Below, in pieces: positions 18,868 to 25,687 of a stretch of 38,223 nt of DNA. The stretch's first letter is position 1. Each line of letters begins with the position of its first letter. A model generated the notes under the pieces. That model had not been told where the DNA came from. It made no database searches and saw only the letters and a program-made list of their open reading frames with translations. The position numbers were made by a program, and so were the translations under genes. Origin of the DNA: a virus (lineage: Duplodnaviria; Caudoviricetes). The stretch spans positions 1-38,223 of IMG/VR virus record IMGVR_UViG_3300011412_000006; one strand, written 5' to 3'.

Positions 18868-19082
18868 TGAACATGTCATATTGCAGATTCCAGAACACAC
18901 TGAGTGACTTGAGAGATTGCTATCACAACTGGGACGGAGACACAGGAACGTATGAGGACGACGAAGTTGAGGAACTTTCAGACGATGAGAAGGATGCTCA
19001 AACTGATCTGCTTGCACTCTGCCGGCGCATCATCACTGACTATGACGAGTTCTATGAAGTGACTCACGTCGATGACCTGTAA
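18867..19082 (+). CDS. Small acidic early phage protein (MSYCRFQNT type)
   Basis: GGAGG RBS; N-terminal NMSYCRFQNTLSDLRDC motif recalled from other phages. Confidence 0.75.
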   Translation: MNMSYCRFQNTLSDLRDCYHNWDGDTGTYEDDEVEELSDDEKDAQTDLLALCRRIITDYDEFYEVTHVDDL

Positions 19083-19165
19083 AAAGTTTGGGCTGGTGTC
19101 ACATACACCAGCCCAGAGTCAAACCAAAAAAGGGACACACAAACTAATTGAGAGAGGATAACACA

Positions 19166-19450
19166 ATGACTTTTGATCCGATAGATCGCACAGCAGACTG
19201 GCCGCAGGATGCATCAGAGCTCGACGAGAACGACGCAGATGACTGGACACTCGATGAACCGGATGGTGACGAGGATGAAAACCCGCGTGAGCGTCTCTGG
19301 CAGGCAGTCTACAGGCTTGAGTCTGAAGTTGAGTACATCAAGCGTGAGCACGATGCGGCAGAGTATCGGGATACGGTGCTCAAGCTGAAGTCACAGCTGG
19401 CTGATCTGTACGAGAAGCTGTCACACCCGACCGAAAGGCCAGTGGAATAA
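19166..19450 (+). CDS. Acidic hypothetical early protein
   Basis: ATG 19166 after GAGGA; D/E-rich N-terminal half, coiled-coil C-terminal half. Confidence 0.7.
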   Translation: MTFDPIDRTADWPQDASELDENDADDWTLDEPDGDEDENPRERLWQAVYRLESEVEYIKREHDAAEYRDTVLKLKSQLADLYEKLSHPTERPVE

Positions 19451-19477
19451 TTCTAATAATTTTAATGTATTTAGTGC

Positions 19478-19506
19478 TTGACTTGTTTAACAAAGTTAAA
19501 TATAAT
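19478..19506 (+). promoter_or_regulatory. Strong early sigma70-type promoter P2 with the same operator
   Basis: TTGACT-N17-TATAAT; spacer TGTTTAACAAAGTTAAA; AT-rich upstream element. Confidence 0.88.
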
Positions 19507-19543
19507 CACTTCAGATCAGAACACAGAAAGAGGAGACACGCAG

Positions 19544-19834
19544 ATGACTTACAAAACCTACGAACTTAGAGTGACGCGAAACAACAGCACAGAATACGTC
19601 GAGATGGACGCATCATCAGCAGCAAAGGCGATTCGATATTATGCAGATAGAACAGAGTCGAACGTTGACACATTGACGACGACCGAAGCAGATCAAAAAC
19701 ATACTGATGTATTCGTCTCCGATAAGAATGTTTGTCTGGAGTTTGCGAAAGCAACTCTATCGAACGATCACGACGGAATAGTGTTGGTTTCGGCAACAAT
19801 CGAAGTTGAAGACAGACGAGACTATGAACGATAG
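19544..19834 (+). CDS. Hypothetical early protein
   Basis: ATG 19544 after GAGGAGACAC; the track's TTG start is the -35 box. Confidence 0.72.
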   Translation: MTYKTYELRVTRNNSTEYVEMDASSAAKAIRYYADRTESNVDTLTTTEADQKHTDVFVSDKNVCLEFAKATLSNDHDGIVLVSATIEVEDRRDYER

Positions 19835-19901
19835 GCATCAACAAGAGACTGCATCGGGTTGGAGCTCGATGCAGTCTCAACCAGACGAAGGAGCACACAT
19901 T

Positions 19902-20162
19902 ATGACAGAACGAGAAATGATTGAGTACTACGGTGTTTGGGAAACATCAATGTTGTATGACGAACTGACACGCGTCAGAGAAGGACTAAGGAAACTCAAG
20001 TCGCCTACTGCTATCTCAGGCAAAGCACTTGAAAAGGCGATGGCGCCATTCTGGGAGATGACAGCACGAGTCGATATTATATGCGAAGCAATCACTGTAA
20101 AAGAAGGCGGCGTCACATCACGCACTGACATCCAGTGGCCAGAAGCAAAGGAGACACAATGA
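19902..20162 (+). CDS. Hypothetical early protein
   Basis: ATG 19902 after AAGGAGCACAC (alternative start 19824). Confidence 0.68.
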   Translation: MTEREMIEYYGVWETSMLYDELTRVREGLRKLKSPTAISGKALEKAMAPFWEMTARVDIICEAITVKEGGVTSRTDIQWPEAKETQ

Positions 20163-20374
20163 CAATCACAAAAGACGAGTTCAATGCATACGAAAGAGTC
20201 AGGCGACTGGGCGTGGTGAACATGTTCGATGTCAAGAAAGTCGGGCAGCTGTCAGGACTGACACGACCAGCGATCATCGCAATCATGAAAGATTACTCAC
20301 GACTGAAAGAACAGTTCAACTCGACACTAGACTACGATGCAGTCGAGGTCATCGGCGCAAAGGAGACACAATGA
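20159..20374 (+). CDS. Small protein with an NMFD motif (DUF5049-like)
   Basis: VRRLGVVNMFD motif; AAGGAG RBS; ATGA overlaps. Confidence 0.65.
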   Translation: MTITKDEFNAYERVRRLGVVNMFDVKKVGQLSGLTRPAIIAIMKDYSRLKEQFNSTLDYDAVEVIGAKETQ

Positions 20375-20610
20375 CAGACGAAACCTTGAGAGAGATTGAA
20401 CAACGCAGACACGAGCTCAACGAACAGCGACGCGCTTGGCGGGATGTTCAGAAGTACATCGACGGAATAGTTGACGCACTCGATGTGCAGATCAACTTCA
20501 CCTTCGATGAATGGGAGACAGCATTCAATCAAATCTATCCCGATATGACCAACGAGAAAGTCAAAGAACTCGTGGCAGAAGCCGAGTCAAGAATTAATAT
20601 GACGGAATGA
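20371..20610 (+). CDS. Hypothetical early protein
   Basis: AAGGAG RBS; ATGA overlap. Confidence 0.7.
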   Translation: MTDETLREIEQRRHELNEQRRAWRDVQKYIDGIVDALDVQINFTFDEWETAFNQIYPDMTNEKVKELVAEAESRINMTE

Positions 20611-20750
20611 TTTGGCTCTTGGTTGCGGCTGCATTCTCAGTCGGTGCTGTTGTTGGATTCCTACTGCGACACATACTGGTTGAGGATGCACCGCCACCAA
20701 GACAGATAGAAACCAAACACAGAGAGGACACAAACAAATGGCGACACTAA
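20607..20750 (+). CDS. 47-aa single-pass membrane protein (not in ORF track)
   Basis: MIWLLVAAAFSVGAVVGFLLRHILVEDAPPPRQ...; ATGA overlap; fills the gap between neighbours. Confidence 0.6.
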   Translation: MIWLLVAAAFSVGAVVGFLLRHILVEDAPPPRQIETKHREDTNKWRH

Positions 20751-20953
20751 GAGGCACAATGCAGGACGAGCAGAGAATAGACAAGCAGATAGAACGCCTT
20801 GAGACTTCAATTTGTCAGCTTGCAGAGAGAGTCGATGAACTCACCGAGGCACTTGAGAAGATTCGCGAGTGGTGCTTGAAGTCAGATGATGATCTGCTTC
20901 GTCATCTCGCAACCATTGCCAACCTTGCACTCAGAGACGGGAGGAACAAATGA
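20738..20953 (+). CDS. Small coiled-coil hypothetical protein
   Basis: GAGGACAC RBS; heptad pattern. Confidence 0.68.
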   Translation: MATLRGTMQDEQRIDKQIERLETSICQLAERVDELTEALEKIREWCLKSDDDLLRHLATIANLALRDGRNK

Positions 20954-21159
20954 GCATCAAGGGACTCGACAGATGGCTGACGACACAACCAGAGTCACCT
21001 GAGTTCTGGATTGAGCTCACTGGCGATGCTGAATGTAATCAATGCGGCAGAATGATGCGTGATGGCGCAACCGTACTTGTAGATGAGAACGATCATCTTT
21101 GGTGCAGTGATCAGTGCTTGACAAACTGGCAGGAGGCACGAGACGACGATGAATTATGA
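20950..21159 (+). CDS. Small zinc-finger protein
   Basis: CNQC...CSDQC; GGAGG RBS. Confidence 0.7.
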   Translation: MSIKGLDRWLTTQPESPEFWIELTGDAECNQCGRMMRDGATVLVDENDHLWCSDQCLTNWQEARDDDEL

Positions 21160-21364
21160 AGTCATACAACACGCCGACAACCTGAGTCAGTATTACGTGC
21201 AGAATAAGGTCACAGGGCGCATCGTCGTCAACCACGTCTCATATCAGCAGGCACGAGAGACTGCCGAAGCACTTGAGTTCACGCGTCTGTTGCATCTCTC
21301 AGAGCAATACACCAAAGACGAATGGCCAAAGGAAATCAACGTAGACACGAAAGGGACACAATGA
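21149..21364 (+). CDS. Hypothetical early protein
   Basis: Overlap-coupled ORF in the operon. Confidence 0.65.
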   Translation: MNYEVIQHADNLSQYYVQNKVTGRIVVNHVSYQQARETAEALEFTRLLHLSEQYTKDEWPKEINVDTKGTQ

Positions 21365-22149
21365 ACAACAACACTGAACTTGCTACAACTGAACCAACCG
21401 CAGCTGCACTTGAACGAGTGCTCATTAAAGGCGACATCGGTAAACTCTCAGACGAACAGAAAATTTTCTACTATCGCGCAGTGTGTGAGTCAGTCGGGTT
21501 GAACCCGCTGACGCAGCCATTCAATTATCTGGTGCTCAAAGGCAAGACGGTTCTATACGCCAACAAAGCCTGCACTGACCAGTTGAGAACGAATCATAAA
21601 ATCAGCATCTATCAACTCGACACCAAAACCGAGGACGGCATCTATCAAGTCACTGCATATGCACGCAACGCCGAAGGGCGTGAGGATGCAGACCTCGGTG
21701 CAGTCAGCATTGCCAACCTCAAAGGTGAGGACTTGGCCAATGCCAAGATGAAAGCAACAACCAAAGCCAAACGTCGCGTCACATTGTCGATCTGCGGTCT
21801 TGGTATGCTCGATGAGACAGAAGTTGAATCCATCTCACAAGAGGACAGGCAGGCTCGTGCAGTTCAGGACTATATATCACCAGCTATGCCAGCCGAAAAT
21901 CGCGCTACGAGCCTCTCTGTGCAAGGAAAAGGTACTGGGAGCAAGGACAACATTGCGGCTATCGGTGAATTGATTCGAGACTTGAGGACTGCGGGAATCG
22001 AGATGCCGGTCATACAAGCGCGGATGAAGTCACTGACAGGATGCGAGAAGCGGTCAGAGTTGAATGATGGGCAGGCGGTAGTGGTGATTGAAGAATTTGA
22101 AAGCTGGTTGGATGTGCTTGACGATCCGTCTCTCGGAGGTGGTGCATGA
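21361..22149 (+). CDS. RecT/Red-beta-like single-strand annealing protein
   Basis: CESVGLNPL and MKATTKAKRRVTLSICGLGMLDETE motifs; ATG 21361 after GGGACAC. Confidence 0.75.
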   Translation: MNNNTELATTEPTAAALERVLIKGDIGKLSDEQKIFYYRAVCESVGLNPLTQPFNYLVLKGKTVLYANKACTDQLRTNHKISIYQLDTKTEDGIYQVTAYARNAEGREDADLGAVSIANLKGEDLANAKMKATTKAKRRVTLSICGLGMLDETEVESISQEDRQARAVQDYISPAMPAENRATSLSVQGKGTGSKDNIAAIGELIRDLRTAGIEMPVIQARMKSLTGCEKRSELNDGQAVVVIEEFESWLDVLDDPSLGGGA

Positions 22150-22460
22150 CCGAACCAACGATTGATGAAATGCTGGCGTGGTTGGACAACCCACATGTTC
22201 CTAAGCCGTATTCCTTCTTCGATGCCATCCGCGCCATTCTCGAACAAGTCAGACTAATGGAACAGATGGGAGTGCGTAAGCAGGTCGAACTCGAAGCTGT
22301 CCGCGCATTCGTGGAACGGGTGGGGAAGCGGTTCTCCAATCGGACTGTGCCACCGCCTGCTGGTGAGGATTATTGGTTACTGCACAACGCGATAAATACA
22401 GAACTCGCCGCGATGGAATCCGAGGTGAAGAATGACAAGTTTTTACGAAATCCAGAATGA
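22146..22460 (+). CDS. Hypothetical protein, paralog of 4513..4716
   Basis: GGAGGTG RBS; shared motif blocks. Confidence 0.7.
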   Translation: MTEPTIDEMLAWLDNPHVPKPYSFFDAIRAILEQVRLMEQMGVRKQVELEAVRAFVERVGKRFSNRTVPPPAGEDYWLLHNAINTELAAMESEVKNDKFLRNPE

Positions 22461-22920
22461 TCTTGCCTTGCTGCTTGAGGAAATCGAGCAGCAGGGCGGT
22501 GAGATCAACGAAGAACAGGAAGCGCGATTAGATGCGTTGAACCTGTCACGAGATGACAAGCTGAACAACTGGTGCCGGTATCTTGAGAACATGAAACTCA
22601 CAGAGCTCGCACTGAGTGCAGCCATCGATGATCTCAGAGAAAAGAAACAACGAGCACAGAGGATGCACGAGAGATCGAAGGAGCAGCTGTCACGACTGTT
22701 GGGCACAGGAAACAAGTGGACAAACGGTGTTCACTCACTATCGTGGCGAAAGTCAACGCGGTGCATTCCGATGATGCCGCTTGAGCAGATGCGAGAAGTT
22801 TTCGTTCGAGTGAAAGAAACGCGTGAGTTCAATCGAGAAGCTGCAACTACGTTCATCAAGCAGAATGGAGAGATACCGGAAGCGGTGCTCGTCGAATCAA
22901 CAAACCTACAAATCAAATAA
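22432..22920 (+). CDS. Siphovirus Gp157-family (Gam-like) protein
   Basis: FYEI start, long coiled coil, LSWRKS, C-terminal NLQIK; next to the recombinase. Confidence 0.85.
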   Translation: MTSFYEIQNDLALLLEEIEQQGGEINEEQEARLDALNLSRDDKLNNWCRYLENMKLTELALSAAIDDLREKKQRAQRMHERSKEQLSRLLGTGNKWTNGVHSLSWRKSTRCIPMMPLEQMREVFVRVKETREFNREAATTFIKQNGEIPEAVLVESTNLQIK

Positions 22921-22942
22921 TTGAAAGAAAAGGAACACACAA

Positions 22943-23410
22943 ATGAAGTACATATTTCTATTAGCTATGGCATTGCAGACACCTGTCACATTGCCGGAAC
23001 CAATCGTGACCAAACCTCAACTCGTCGAGAGCCAGCCACCAGCAGGCAACTATCGAGAAAAGACACAGGAAATGATTGAGTATGCAGAGGCGCAAAAGAA
23101 GCGTGATGCAATGACTGCACCAGAGCTCGCAACTGCATATCAAAAGTTCCTGAGTGAACTGATTCCCAGTTACAACTACATCGAAGCGAATCTGGTGAGA
23201 CGTCCTTATGGCGGTTCGTCGCTCGTTGGCTATCATCCGTTCTTCAACAAGTATGCATTCTCGACAGGTCCGTTTGTGAAGCACGTCGGACGATGGGTGC
23301 AGGAGCATTGCACTGCATTGAAGAATGGAAAGATCGGTGAAGTCGGTGTTGGTGGGTATTCGGACCGCCAGACTGAGACAGCTTTCAAGATGAAGACTGC
23401 GTGCCCGTAA
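22943..23410 (+). CDS. Hypothetical protein with signal-peptide-like N-terminus
   Basis: MKYIFLLAMALQ followed by a Pro-rich linker; two Cys. Confidence 0.6.
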   Translation: MKYIFLLAMALQTPVTLPEPIVTKPQLVESQPPAGNYREKTQEMIEYAEAQKKRDAMTAPELATAYQKFLSELIPSYNYIEANLVRRPYGGSSLVGYHPFFNKYAFSTGPFVKHVGRWVQEHCTALKNGKIGEVGVGGYSDRQTETAFKMKTACP

Positions 23411-23439
23411 TTTACAAATCAAGTGAAGTGATTTAGAGT
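23411..23439 (+). promoter_or_regulatory. Putative sigma70-type promoter P3
   Basis: TTTACA-N17-TAGAGT; predicted +1 near 23446. Confidence 0.5.
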
Positions 23440-23606
23440 GCTCTTGCCTTCGACAGAGGCATTGGAATTGAGGAACAGCAGACTCACGACGCCTTCTGGT
23501 TGAAGGCTCTTGACTCATCGATCAGTGGTGTTCTTTTCCGTCTGCATTCTCACACCTCGGATCGTCTGTCGGAGCAAGAGCTTTCAACGAGAGGGCGTTT
23601 TTATTT
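23440..23606 (+). ncRNA. Candidate structured leader RNA / attenuator with two alternative folds
   Basis: Helix A 23440-23457/23565-23581. Helix B 23489-23512/23575-23598 (24 positions, 2 G-U, 1 mismatch) followed by TTTTATTT. Confidence 0.6.
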
Positions 23607-23635
23607 CAAACCAACACAGGGACACAAGAAAACAC

Positions 23636-24709
23636 ATGAGGCTAAAATTGAAATATCTTGCACCGTCAGAACTTCGCGTTGATCCCAAAAACAAAGAATT
23701 GTTTGATGCATTGAACCCACAAGAACTAGACTTTCTCGCTCGTTCAATCGAGGAGCATGGTCTGATCAATCCAATAACAATCACTGAGGACTATCTGATC
23801 ATTGCAGGTGAGCAACGCTATAGGGCAGCGATGCAAATAGGGCTGGAACAGATTCCAGTAATCGTGCGCAAGCCGAAAGACGAACTTGAACTTGAGGAGA
23901 TTCGACTTGATGAAAATCTAGCGCGGCGATCAATTCCAACCTATACGCTGGCGAAGTGTTTGCAACGCAAGACAGAAATTAAGTTGAAACGGAACAGTTT
24001 TTGTAATGATTACAAAAAATCAAAGGGTGAGATTGACATTGAGATAGCAAGTGAAACGGGTTACACCACAACATCAATACAACATACTCGCGCACTCGCC
24101 AAACTCATTGACGATCTTGGTGAACTTCTAAACGAAAACCATTTCTCACGTGAAGCAGCATTGCAAATGGCGCAAATGCCAGAATCTGACCAGAAATGGT
24201 TATTGAGCCGGTTGTCTGCATCACGGTTGAAAGAAGTTCACAAAGATGAAATCAAGAATTTAAAAACCGAACTTACTAATGTTCGGGATACGAATGCGAA
24301 GTTGCAGGAGTTAATTGAATCTCGTGATCAAGAAACCGACAAAGTAATCAAAAAACGAATCGCGGCAGAGATCAAAGCAGCCCGTGACGATGTAGCAGAA
24401 GCTAAGAGATTAGCAGATGAACAGGTAATTGCGATTCGTGAGCAATACGAGAAACGAACAAAAGAACTTGACCGCAAATACCGAGACGACCAACGGCAAC
24501 CAATTAGCAGGTTTCTAGAAAAGGCAGTGCCATTATTGAATACCGATCCGGCAGACACTGCTAATAACTTCTTTTTAATTTCCTACGATCTGGCAGAAAT
24601 GGTATGCGAAAAGGCCGAAGCCTTATCGCCGTGGTTAATCTCGTTTGCCAAAGCACTTCGGGCTCGTGTTCGGAATGAGAGGCGAACCAATCTAAAAGGA
24701 GTCAAATGA
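23636..24709 (+). CDS. ParB/Srx N-terminal domain protein with HTH-like region and coiled coil
   Basis: SIEEHGLINPITI...IIAGEQRYRAA...IPVIVR...DENLARR; ATG 23636 after GGGACAC. Confidence 0.8.
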   Translation: MRLKLKYLAPSELRVDPKNKELFDALNPQELDFLARSIEEHGLINPITITEDYLIIAGEQRYRAAMQIGLEQIPVIVRKPKDELELEEIRLDENLARRSIPTYTLAKCLQRKTEIKLKRNSFCNDYKKSKGEIDIEIASETGYTTTSIQHTRALAKLIDDLGELLNENHFSREAALQMAQMPESDQKWLLSRLSASRLKEVHKDEIKNLKTELTNVRDTNAKLQELIESRDQETDKVIKKRIAAEIKAARDDVAEAKRLADEQVIAIREQYEKRTKELDRKYRDDQRQPISRFLEKAVPLLNTDPADTANNFFLISYDLAEMVCEKAEALSPWLISFAKALRARVRNERRTNLKGVK

Positions 24710-25206
24710 CACCCGCACAATCACTACACAAACAATTCACTCAAAGAGTTCTTGAATTAAAAAATCAAGGACTACAAGTTTCTGATATTTGCGACGACCC
24801 GGAAGTTGAACAACTTGGGTTGACGCTATGGGGATCCAAAGCTGTCAAGAAAATCATACAAATGGAAGTGCGCCGAGTAATACAAAACGACATTGATAAA
24901 GAAACCGGAGTTAGAAAATGGGTTTCCGTTCCTCAAGTTACTTTACCAATGCCACAAGCTAGTAAAGAACCACCAACACCTGCTGAATTGAGACAGCGTG
25001 AATATCTTCGAACCGTGACACTTGATCCGATCCGCGAGTTAATAACAGTTCAAGAATTGAGCAAAGCGATAAAAAGTCTTGTTCGAAAACGCGGAGTGCT
25101 TACTGAATACGAAGAACAATCCTTGTTCAAAGCAATCGACAAGGTATTCAAAACAGCAACCACCCGACTACAGCAAAGTAACGGATCAGATATCGTTGTT
25201 GACTAA
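24706..25206 (+). CDS. Hypothetical protein (AT-rich)
   Basis: AAGGAG RBS; ATGA overlap with the ParB-like gene. Confidence 0.72.
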   Translation: MTPAQSLHKQFTQRVLELKNQGLQVSDICDDPEVEQLGLTLWGSKAVKKIIQMEVRRVIQNDIDKETGVRKWVSVPQVTLPMPQASKEPPTPAELRQREYLRTVTLDPIRELITVQELSKAIKSLVRKRGVLTEYEEQSLFKAIDKVFKTATTRLQQSNGSDIVVD

Positions 25207-25211
25207 CTTGA

Positions 25212-25649
25212 ATGATAGACGAACGCACTAACTGGCGTGATGAAGCCCTGAGTGCAAGACATCGTACTTGGGGCTTCCACATTCCAATGTTTGATGTGGA
25301 CTTCCTTTGTGTTGAGTACTCGAAGCGAAAGCCAGTTGCATTGATTGAGTACAAACACGAGCGCGGATGGCTGGTCAGTCGAGGCAATGCGAATATGGAT
25401 GTGCTCATCAGTCTCGGCGATAATCACACGCCAGCACTGCCCGTTTTTGTGGTTCAGTATGCAGCGAAGTTGGATCAGTTCACCGTCATCCCAATGAACG
25501 CAGTCGCCCACGATTTAGTACGTGAGTCAACCTCGATGAATGAGCTCCAATATGTCGAGTTCCTGTATTCTCTGCGCCGGTCTACTATGCCGCCAGTAAT
25601 CAGGGATGAGATTTGCAAACGACAATATTCTAGACAGGTAACGTTCTGA
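25212..25649 (+). CDS. Putative PD-(D/E)XK nuclease-fold protein
   Basis: FDVDFL...ALIEYK motif. Confidence 0.55.
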   Translation: MIDERTNWRDEALSARHRTWGFHIPMFDVDFLCVEYSKRKPVALIEYKHERGWLVSRGNANMDVLISLGDNHTPALPVFVVQYAAKLDQFTVIPMNAVAHDLVRESTSMNELQYVEFLYSLRRSTMPPVIRDEICKRQYSRQVTF

Positions 25650-25687
25650 GCGTTACACTAACGCTTTGCTAACACAGGGCTACTTTT

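Noticed and set aside
23510-23635. N-terminal extension of the ParB-like ORF from TTG 23510 (and ORF 23500..23682)
   Set aside because: No RBS, runs through the structured leader, and the ParB domain begins at ATG 23636. A leader-peptide role cannot be fully excluded.
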